Positions 39,601 to 51,600 of a DNA stretch of 64,000 bases are shown piece by piece; positions within the stretch are counted from its first letter, which is position 1; each line of letters opens with the position of its first letter. Location: assembly GCA_040954595.2 (NCBI GenBank), contig CM082579.2:11087625-11151624 (forward strand), given 5' to 3'. This DNA is from Balanoglossus misakiensis (Eukaryota > Animalia > Hemichordata). The notes below the pieces were generated by a model. That model saw nothing but the letters and a program-made list of their open reading frames with translations, was not told the origin of the DNA and searched no databases. A program made the translations under genes and the position numbers.

Positions 39601-42600
39601 GATCGGCATACTTGCCCTTCGTTTTTATGTCTAAATAAACGTAATATTTTTTTATTTTGAAAAACGGTTGTATGAGTGCAGTTACGGGCTACTCTTTAGT
39701 GAACGCCCGGGAGTGACTGTGTGAACGAGTGGTCACTCCGTGACCGCATGGATCTAGCCCTGTGAATGTTTTTATGGATGTAAAGCCCGTGCCTATTCAA
39801 AACTGGCGCAACAAGACATCATGGACACCGATCGTGGTAGTAAGCAATAAATGACTTCTTGAGTAACGAAAACAGGATTTTTGACGTCCGTTGTCTTTCA
39901 TAGGCAGTGTGTAACTCGGAGTACGCAAGTCCGAGCACGGAGTGCAACTCGGTGTATACAAGTCCGAGTACAGCCACTACTCGGAGTGTACAAGTCCGAG
40001 TACTCGGACTTTGAAGTCCGACTCGGTCTTTGAACTCGGAGTATGCACTTCGAAGTACTCCTACATACCTGAAATATATTAACATCAAACTCATAAATGT
40101 CTCCAGTACAATCACATGCCTGTGAGAAAATCATCTCAAGAAAATTCAAAATAATAATCCCGCTAAGTAAACTACAAGCTCGGCTGCTCCAATATTTTAC
40201 GAAGATACTGACATTTTTTAGTCCTCCCTCTTTAACAAAAAATAAGAAGACTATTCATGTGATAAATATGTAATCCCATGACATTTTAATAGTATCATCA
40301 GATACCTGTGGTTTTGAAGTGATAAATTTTTGAAACACCAGTGTCTAGAATTATTTACTTACCTATAAAGTTATGGTTAGCAAATACTTTTGATTTTGCC
40401 AATGAACGTGCATTTATCAGTGATTCATCAATTTTGAGATATGTCTGGTCTCCACTAGCTCCAATCCATGTGGCTCTTCTGCCACACTGTACACCTACAC
40501 CTGGTATTGCTCCTGGACTTGCAAACCACAGTTTGGCATTTTTCTCATCACCAGGTGCACAGCGTCCAAGTTGTCCTCCCTGAAACAACAAAATTTGACT
40601 AGTCACATCACACAGCTGATGACATAACAGGTGAAGTTGTATGTCAATACTTTGTTATCCAAAATAAAATAGCATCAATTGCTCTATCGAGACTAATGTT
40701 GCATTCATGTACTACTTCTATGTGAAACCTACTGTATATCTATTAAAGGGACAAAGTCTCTCTCTCGCTGCCCATTTTTCCATTAATTATGTTTGATACA
40801 AGACACCGTTTGTTATTCTACATGTGGATATTTAGTGAATGAACGTTCAACCACACACAACTTCCATCCCTCTTATAGACAGGAGAGTGAAAAAACTCGC
40901 CAAAATGAATAATCGTTCTTTACCATTTATTCATTTTGGGCGAGTTTTTATTCTCATATCATACAAGTGGGATGGAAGTTGTGTGTGGTCGAACGTTGAT
41001 TCACTATATATCCACATTTACATTAACATAAATGGTGTCTTGTATCAAACATAATTAATGGAAAAGGGGCAGCTGGAGAGAGACTTTGTCCCTTTAAACT
41101 GGAGCACTCGGTATTAGCATGCAGTTCGGAGTAGATTTAGTAGACAGAACAAAAACACTGAAATAATATAAAGTTAGTTGTATAAAGACAATTTCTTTAA
41201 TCAAACCCTCAACGTTTTAATTTCACAGGAGGTGCAGTTATGTGGAGTGGACACAGATTGCAGTCACCTCTCAGAGAAACACACCTGAAGCACGACAAAG
41301 CTTCAGCTCCGATTTGATGTTCACATATGATATCTAAAGCATGATTTTTTTCTGTCTATGTTGGGAGAAATTGCTCTATTTGAAATGAATGTGGCAGAAA
41401 GCTTGCTGTCTTTATTATGATGTTGTCTTTCCTGGACTCTTTTCCTGATCAGTCTCAGACTTTCATAACAACTTAGGAAAAGCGAGAGGATAAGTATCCA
41501 TGATAATGGCTTTCACTGTACCAGTACAATCAAGTATTTAATGTTAGAAAGCTACTGAAAAACACTTTATTTTCGCGAGCAATAAATTTTCGCGAAATAC
41601 ACGAGAGCCAAAATAGCCTGAAAATAAAAAGTCGCGTAATTTTTGTTGTTGAAGATAACGATGCAGTGAATGAAATAAGAGAACGCAAAAATTAATACTC
41701 ACAAAACAGTGGCCTCTCTCGATATCACAAAAATTTCATCTTGCAAAAATAACATGTTTTACAGTATTTCTGGTGGCAGGAATTGAAAAGAACAGTGACC
41801 GTATAGTCATACCTGATGATTTCCCCAAGTGAATACTTGTCCATTCTCTAATAAGACAGCAGTGTGATTACTTCCTGCAGCAACTTGTACAGCTGGTACA
41901 GGCAGAGCTACCAGACTGGGCAATCCTCTAAATGTTGAGAAAAATTATATTTCTGTAAGAATCTTCTCCGTTGTTAGGACAGAGCACTGCCTTATGGGAT
42001 TGACTGTTCACTAAACGTCTGTGACTAGCGGCTACAGCTGGAATATGTGTGAGATGAGCTAGGCGCTTTAAAGGGACAAAGTCTCTCTCTCGCAGCCCTT
42101 TTTCCATTAGTTATGTTTGATACAAGACACCGTTTATGTTATTCTACATGTGGATATATAGAGAATCAACATTCAACGACACACAACTTCGATCCCACTT
42201 GCAGACATAAGAGTGAAAAACTCGCCAAAGTGAATAATTGTTCTCTACCATTTATTCATTTTGGCGAGAATTTTACTCTCATATCCTACAAATGTGATGG
42301 CAGTTGTATGTGGTTGAACGTTGATTCACTATATGTCCACATGTAGTATAACATAAACGGTGTCTTGTATCAAACATAATTAATGGGAAAAGGGCAGCGA
42401 AAGAGAGACTTTGTCCCTTTAAAGCTTGTCCAAGTAGCGAGAATATAGTGTCAGGTACCCACAAACTTTACCTTGTTACTGTATCAGCCTGTCCAAGTTG
42501 TCCAAATTGGCCACTACCAAATGTGTAGACATCACCATTCTCTAAGAGAATCACTGTATGATGCAATCCACAGGAAAGCTGCACAGCTGGCACATCACCA

Positions 42601-45600
42601 ATACCAATGATTATCTTGGACGGTTGACTTGTCACTGACTTGCTGGAGTCTTTGTCATGCTCCCGACTGTCATCGCCGCTACCACTTCCTTGGTCATCAA
42701 GCATCGCTGTACAAAATGACATCAATTAAGGTCATTGCTGCAAAACTGAAACCATTTTTCATGCTGTGTGATCATTACTGCTGTCATGCCAGCCATAGTT
42801 AAGTCACTTCACCTCCTGGGAAAGCCATACCTGTCAACAACTCTCGGTATTGCCTGTGTGTTTTTTTTTCTATCTGATCAAACCTGGTGATGTGGCTCTA
42901 TTGAAGAGGTTATTTTTGTTCGCTATTGACTTTAAGTTTTTGGTTAAAATGCCTCCTTTGAACAGATTGGGTATAAGCATGTTAGCAATGATGTACCATA
43001 ATCATTCTACGCGTTCCACCAGGAAAAATAACGATTTTCAAAAATATGATCAAAGGAAAAATAAAGTTATCCTCAGCTGATCAAAATCATTGTTTTCAGC
43101 TCATTTGCATATTTTTCACTCACACACATGCGTATACATATGGAATACGACTGATGGCTTCCACTGCCATGCTCTTAGGGCAATGGCATCATGTGTTCCC
43201 TTAGCAATGTCAATTGTAATCAGACAGAGGAACAAAAATACAAATTGTAGCAAACATCTTCTGTTATGAAACATTACAATGATCGCTTGAGCAATTAAAC
43301 ATACTATGAGGTTATTACGAAAATAACGCAAAGTATGCACGAGGACATTAGCGCTGCGCTTATGTCCGAGTGCATACTTTGCGGTATTTTCGTAATTACC
43401 TTATTTTTATACATCTTACATCTCCGTTAGTTCTTGTGTTGCATGTTATTTGGCTTTCAAAACGCCCAAATCAATACAATCGATTGAAAACCGCTCAGTT
43501 GACTCAGTGAGCAGCCATCTTTCTTTTTTGTTCACATGCGTTAGAGTGGGGGTGTCTTGAAACTGTCCGCATAACAACGCATACCTGTACACAGTGAGTT
43601 GGAGCGCCTTGAAACTTGAGGCATATTTAACGTGCGTTCCGTACGGCTTTTTTAGCGCACGCTAAATTCTATTGTTCTCAGTGCCAGATGTATAATAATG
43701 GTACATACAACAGCCACTGACAAATTAAACATACAGGTCTACGGACAAGCAAGTGTCAGTTTTACACCAGCCCGCATCAGAACTCAACGCAGTCACAGAC
43801 CAGTGCATTTTTCAAAACCCCTGCCCTTTTGCAAACAAAGCAAAGTGACTTACAAGCTAAGGTACCTTTGGCTTTTCTAGCTCTTCTCTTCAGTTGATGT
43901 CTCAATCTGTCTTCAATGTGTTTTTTGGAAATCAAATCCAACGGTATGAGCTCACCATGTCTTGCTAGGGCCTCCAACCATCCGCCGGAGAAATCCTTGT
44001 CCTGAGCTTCCCCAGCACAGGATTTACAACAACCACATTTAGAGCAGCCTGATTCACCAGTACCACATCCACATAACCTACAATTAACAATATGGTATAA
44101 TATTGCAATGTATTCGATTTTTAAGGCGTGGTGCTTACAAAAAACATGTATTTATAATATGTTTGTACATGATTTAAAAAGTACAATAATTTGTGAATCT
44201 TTTATAGACTCTACAAAAGCTAAGGAGAAATGGAAGACTTTATACGATGAAATGAAATAAAAAAAAAAAGTATACAGTTACATATGTTCATGTACATGCA
44301 TGCAGGGGCGCGTGCACACACACACACAGATAAACAGAGAGAGAGAGAGTGAGATACACACACACTGACTGATCCCATAAGCTCCCTTGGTACGTACCAA
44401 ATAGGAGCTAAAATCATCCTAGAGATCCTACAATGTACATAAAATATACAAAGTGGGTTTGTCATAGCAATAAGTGTAATATAATTTGACTTACATTCCA
44501 GGTACTCGGTTGGGTCCCCCACTACTGATACAGCTAGCACCATAACCTGTACACTCTGTACACACAGTACAGACCATACATTGTTCCGTCTTCCATTTAT
44601 GTAAACCTTGGGCACATATCCCATCAGCCTCATCGCCATCAACAACATCCTCATCATCATTCTCGTCATCATTTCCTCCGGTCACCATAACACCTGCCTG
44701 AGCACCACCTGAATGTTTGAAACAAATACCAAAAAGAATGTTAAAGGGCGATGATCGTCTAATGCGCATGTGCCAAACCAGAGACTCTGGGTGCAAAAAA
44801 ATGTATACAGTCAATGCCATAATGCAGTGTGCTGTCCTAAACAACATACAAGATGGCGGCGACCATAGTCTGTGTCGGAAATCGGGCAAAACAGCATATA
44901 GGGTGAAAAGAAGGGACAAAACTAAAAAGAATGGAAGGAAGCAAAGGCAGTCCACTATTTGAATGCGCCGAACACAAAATTTGCAGAACATTTGGATTGG
45001 ATGCGATGTATGTACACACGAAATTGTGCACATGCACATAAGAGGATCGTTGGCCTTTAAATGCAAAGAACAGGAGAAATGACCTATGAACAAATAAACG
45101 CTTTCATTTGGCATGTTGGGCAATTATGCAATGTCGACCGACACACTTGATTGATAATACTGGTGTCATACATCAATATCTGTGATATCTTTCCAAATAA
45201 AATTTTAAAATTATGAGAAAACATTATGTGTTTGACTTACATTCTTTAGGGGGAGGTAGTGCAAAGTCTCTTCCACATTGACCTTTGTTGTTGATTCCAA
45301 ATGTAAAAACATCTCCTGTACTGGTGAGAATAGCTCCATGGGCTTTTCCAAGGGAAACATTCCGCACATGACAATCTTGTAACTCACTAACCAATCCTTC
45401 AACACAAGTAATTCAAAACAAACTGTAGTTACTGAGAATAAAATTGTAATTTTCACATAACAACTTTAGGTATTAGTTAGTGGTAACAGAATGACTTCTG
45501 GGATGCAAAAGAAGTACAGTTGTGCTTCAAGTGTTAATCATTCAACTTTTCACCACACATACCAATAAAATGTGACTGAATGATTGACTTTAGACATTCA

Positions 45601-48600
45601 AATGATTTGATGAATTAAACAAGTCACTGTCAATGACCCAGGCCCCACTGAGTGAGTAAATGAGTGAGTGTATGCAATCAGTTGAAACAAGTCAATATCT
45701 TATACACACAGATGTTGAAAACACTTTTACCTGTTGTCTGTTCAGCATAAGTATTATCTTTTCCAAAGAGATACAACTCTCCCTGCTTGGTGACAAAGGC
45801 ACTACTGCCATTGTTACAAGCCACATTGACAACAACTTTACCGTCCAACTTGGAGACTTTCTTGGGTTTGCTGGGTTTAGGCACTCTTCTGCCTTTCACT
45901 GTAAAAAAAACAACATACAAGGATGATGTCCACTTTTGGTTAGTTCACATATTATACATCATTCATGATTCAATGTTCCACACACATAAACAATTTTTCC
46001 TAGGCTAATTGTCCTATCTGAAGATGACATAAATAAATAATTCCTATAGGTAAGTACTGTAAAACGGGAAAATTTTCACGACAGGAAATTTTCAGATATC
46101 AAGAGAGGCAACTGTTACACGATAATTAATTTTCACGTTCTCGTATTTCACTGCATCGTTGTCTCTGAAAAACATTATGCAAAAATGGATCATTCATCAT
46201 CAGCAAACCTCTCTATTAAGGGACAGATTTTTCACGACCAGATTTTTCACGACCAAAGTCACAGTTTGAATAGAACATTACCAGTCTATTAAGGACACCT
46301 CTCTATTAAGGACAGGTGTTCTGGTCCTTGAGGTGTCCTTAATAGACAGGTTTCACTGTGCATTTCTTACCTTGTTCTCCATCTTCTCCTCTCTTTGGCG
46401 TTCCTACAAAGTACACACAACCATCATCTGCTACCAGCAACGCATGCTGACTCTCATGTCCAGAACAACACTGAACAATCTTGGGTGACTTTGTGATAGG
46501 TAACTCAGTCCATTTATTGCTGACACCACCACTTAGTTTAATTCCAAGACTTTGAGACTTCCCAGTAAAGAAAACCTAAACACATACAAATATAGTGCCA
46601 CCAAACACCATTGTAAGGTCATTACAGAAAAGTTTAAGTATAATCAAGAAGACTGTTCTCAAATGATTGCAATGAAAACGTTGAAATATAGTTAAATATT
46701 TCATATTAAATATTTCAGTTTTGTCCGAAGCTAAAAATACTACACAAAGGATATAAATATTGCATCAATCTCTTAGAGAAGACCCCCCCCCCCCCAAAAA
46801 AAAAAAAAAAAAGTAGTACAAACCTTTCCACATGCAGTTTTCAGAAGTGTGAAATCTTTCCCACCACAAACCATGACTGGGTCTTCATCAACACCAAGAT
46901 CTACAAGTAAGCAACAATGCAAGCCAATAAGACTGATGTACATGTACATAAGTTGTGTAAATACTAGAACAGTTAAAATCAATATGTTCTTCATCCAAGA
47001 CATTTGCATTAGTGCAGCATGGCATATGATTAATATCTTTATACTTAAAGTGGAATGATACATTCTGTTTAAGAACTAATTCTGCAAAATGTGATTAAAA
47101 AGTGCTATGTAAAACGTTGGTTTCGTTCACTTTAACTCGCGCAAAAAAGAGCTATTGTGATGATGAGGTCATTTTCGTGACCTTTACTGGCTAGTGAGAT
47201 TTCTTTTGTTTAGGGTGACCAGGTGTTGATGAATATTTATTTGATTGACATGTATAAATACACATGCTACCATGTGGTTGGGCTGCTATTTCTGTTCGCT
47301 GGACACTGTGCCGATAACTTCAGTGCTGGGGACTTTTATGCTGCTGTTTGGGACTATTTGCAGGCTGTTTTGTTTGACTTCAAGTCAGAAGTTGTGAGTA
47401 CACACCACTCGGACCTAAACCAGACTTTGCTGTACGTCGGAAACCTTTGTGACTTTACTGATAATTTTCTGCTCGTGTGCGTCATGACTGGAGTCCAGTG
47501 CTGTGTGTTTTATGACCTGTGAATCCCTTTTTTTGCCTGCAATTTAATGTTGTAGTATAGCAAATAGCCATTAAATATCTTTTTAAAACTCAGGCCAGCA
47601 CTATTCTACAGAATAGAGACTCTATTTTGCGAGAGAACAAGTCTAACTGTGAAGGCAGTCGAAAGAGAATCTGTATTCGCACCAAGTGGGAAGAATTGAA
47701 CACACTGCAGTCTGCAATGGGAATGGTTCAAGAAGAGAAGCTGAACAAATCCGTTATCTGGGCCAATGATCCAGGAACAGGAACTCATCTATGCAGAGCA
47801 GGTCAACAAGCCTGAGTTTAAAGCATCAAACAGGTGGCCAGAGAGATTCAGGAAACGAAACAATCACATGCTTCAGAAAGTTAGCGGTAAAAGATGTTCC
47901 CCAAGAGACTGCCGAAGCGTGGACTACCTTATCTGATCGAAGGTTATTCACCCTACATTATTGTCAACATGGACGAGACTGTCGTATTCAACCTCGGGTG
48001 AAGACTGCAAGGGTGGGAAAAAATCAAAACAGTAAACCGCTGTTCTTTGCACAAACATGGGCAGCACCGAGAAACTCAGGCTGATTGTTATTCGCAAGGC
48101 AGCTAAACCAAGGTGCTTCAACGTCAATCTCAACGCACTTCCAGTTTTATGGCAAAACGATAAGAAGGCGTGGATGACAACGGAACTTTTCACAGACTGG
48201 CTTCGAGATGTTGACAAGAAGATGCGGCAACAGAAACGCAAAGTTCTGATGTTCGTCGACAACGCTCCAACCCATCCTCCACGTGCTGTCCGTCTAACCA
48301 ACACTAAGTGGATTTCTTTCCAGCGAATACCACATCGAAAGTGCAGCCACTCGACCAGGGGATTATCGCGGCCATGAAGAAAACGTACCAGAAGCGACTG
48401 CTCCGTGCCGTTTTGTTGAAAGCCGATGATGACACTCTCAGTGCGAATGAAATCGCAAGAACTGTCAGTATTCTCGATCCCTGCCACTGGATCGCTCGGT
48501 CGTGGAGTGAAGTTACCAGCAAGATTATTTCAAGCTGTTTTCGGAAAGCTGGGTTTCCCACCACAACTTCCGACAGAGATGTCATCAAAAATGCGACTGA

Positions 48601-51600
48601 AGATGCAGAACTTGACCGTCTTGTTGAAGCAGTTGGTATGATGCAGACTCTGAGTAGACTTCATCAGTGTTGACAGCGAAGCTACAAAGTATGTCGCCAT
48701 GGCCGATGGCCGGGAAGAAGAATTTCTGCATAATCAATGACGTTGTGAAGTTGATGGCAACGACGGGAATGATGGACCACAAGAAAACAAGGACAGAGAA
48801 GACCCACAACCAGTGACATCGACTTCTGATGCACTCTGATTGACAAGCACCATCAGATCATCGACAGCCTCAGCACCACTGAAGAACTCCAGAAAGCCAT
48901 CGCAAATTGTCATCACACAGCCAGACAGCAGATACTGAGCAAGCTCGTCGAAGAGTGAGACATAGTCAGCTCACCAGAATTGAAAGCACATGGGTAGATG
49001 ACGAGTACTTTGAACAAGATGAATATCCAAGTGGTGACGAAACTGACAGTGAAGTAGAGGATGACGGTTGGTCACCCAGACTGACAAAACGCCACCCACA
49101 TTCGTTCAGTGGCAGCAATGAAGGTCCAAATATTGAGATGGATGCAACATCCACCCCATTGGATGTATTCTACCACATGTTCCCCCGTGGTCTCATCAAG
49201 AAACTAAGAAGGGAAACAAATCGTTATGCACGGTGGAGCCAGACAAAGAAGGGCAATGACAGGAGATGGTCCAGGGTAGATGATAATGAGATGCGGGCTC
49301 TCATTGGTATCATGGTGCTGATGGGTCCAGACCCTAAACCAGAGATTGCCGACTACTGGTCACATCATCGTGCCCTGAGAAACGACTTCATTGCCAGTGT
49401 GATGCCACAGCAGCGTTTCCAAAAGCTTATGCAGTACTTTCATTGCAACGATCCTGATCTTCGAAACCTACGAAGACAGACTAGTTGTCGATCGATGAAG
49501 CAATAATTGGCTATAAAGGAAGGTATGCTGGTATCCCGGCGGTTTTCATCAAAGGTAAACCTAGAGCCAAGGGTTTCAAAGTCTACGCACTGGCAGATGC
49601 AGTGACTGGCTATGTGGGTCATTTGAAGTTTATGACAACCACTGGAAGCCACGAGAGAGATGCCCGAGATGTGTCTCGAACACTGAGAATCTGCACTGAT
49701 CTCCTTCAGCATGTAGGGGGCAAGTACCATACCCTGTACACAAACAATTTTTATACCATTACCACTATGGCTGAGACTTTGCTTTGAGACCTGAGCACGT
49801 ACGATGTTGGCAGAAGAGGTTTCCCCAATACATTTCTTTCCGAAGTACACTTTCCAATGTTTTCTGTCTGCTGATTCAGCAGATATGATATTGACAGCAA
49901 CCTGTCACAACAAAATGTTTGGGTTTTCCATGTGTCTTAAAGCTAAGCTGGTCATTTAACATTTTCATTTTAAAGCCCCATGAACTGCCAAATTTTACAT
50001 ATTTTTTTCCACAATCTTTAAAATCCTCACCATAAAGTCATATAATTTGTATTTGCATCAGTTTGTCATCTCTTTGTGATGCATACAATGATAGTTATGT
50101 ACTCTTTGTACGAAGGCTGATTAAACGGGTGTGGCACTGGTTTAATTGATAACTTGTTCAAATTGCAACATACAGCCACAATCGGGCATCGATAAGATGT
50201 TCATGTATACCTAATCAGTGAGCTTATTTAGATGGACCAATCAAAGTTGGAAAATAAAATCATGTAAATAATGCAAACAAGGGGCAGCTCATGGGGCTTT
50301 AAACAGACATGTGGTGTGGAGATTTGTGAGTTACTGTAAAACACTTTATTTTTGCGAGTTGAAATTTTCGCAATATCGAGAGAGGCCACTGTTTCGCGAG
50401 TATTAATTTTCGCGTTTCATTCACTGCATCGTTATCTTAAAAAAATTTACGCGACTTTTTATTTTCACGCTATTTTGGCTCTTGCGTATTTCGTGAAAAT
50501 TTATTGCTCCCGAAAATAAAGTGTTTTACAGTAAGGACTTACTTATTGTGTGTTTCTCCTTTTGTTGATCAACAGCTGAATATCCAAACATCTCCATACA
50601 CTTTCTGGCAAGCTTGAATTGAAGTTCATTGATGCATGGCATGGGAGAAGAGGTGGGACTGTACATGTACACTTGGAAGCCATCCTGGAAGACAGTTTGG
50701 CAAAAACAAAAATACGAATGACAACAATCTCACAAGAACACTAAGACCTATTGTAAACAATCTGTTTGTCAGCAGTATAACTAAAACAAATGTATTGAGG
50801 GCGCTTTTCCCATTGGTGTCCAGCTGTCATTTTGTCTCTGCAAAATTTTCATTTTTTGGGACTATCGGGTCAATACTACAGCCAATACTTGAGGTAACTG
50901 TCAAGACGTCCACATTGCTGAATTGTGTCAACTTAATGGTGGAAAATGAAATTTTTCGTTTATCACTGATCAGCTGTCGTTAATAGCTGAACTTTCCCCA
51001 CGCCGTGGTATTGGTTATTGTTCTCATGCAAATTACTGCTATAGCTAAACAATGCCAAAATGCAAGTCTCGAACCCACACCCCTCTGATTACGAGTCAGG
51101 TACCCTTAACCACTAAGGCCATGTTACTACATGTACATGTTTAGGAAGTAGCCAACAATACTATCATTCAGAAACGTAATTCTCAAACACACTGCACGCA
51201 CACACACACACACACACACACACAGACCAGTACATAGTATTACAAATTTACAGGATGGAACAAATCTTACAGTATACTTACATCTCTAGCAGGTAATATT
51301 TCACCAATACAGTCACCAGTACTAAACATGACAGAATTGACACTGCCTCCCCCTAAAAATTAAAACAAAGAGACAGTAGGAATGTACAATGTGATAAACT
51401 TCAAAAATTACGATAATTATCCCCAAAATTGCAGCTCCGCATTTGTTGAGAGACTTGTATACCATAAAACAAAGCTGATTGACTCGTTGAAGGTCACTTC
51501 ATCAAAATGTCATAGATACAGTCATAACTGAGAGAGTGTTAATAATGAGTCAGTATGTCAAATGTACAAAAAGACCAGAAACTCACCATTGACTTGGAAT

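Noticed and set aside
38944-40149. Paired near-identical ORFs on opposite strands, with an array-like ACTCGGA pattern suggesting CRISPR
   Set aside because: These are the two TIRs of the foldback element. There is no repeat-spacer structure, no cas genes, and the context is eukaryotic.
47223-47522. Possible extra gene or exon beside the Tigger remnant
   Set aside because: No recognisable motif; the minus-strand frames after the candidate acceptor hit stops.
49974-50298. TTAA-flanked element as the right end of the piggyBac remnant
   Set aside because: It has its own paired AG-starting TIRs (Kolobok-type), not CC-type piggyBac ends, and is self-contained.
51053-51128. Functional tRNA-Thr(CGT)
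   Set aside because: The acceptor stem is unpaired and the T-stem is mostly G-U; better explained as a SINE head or pseudogene.
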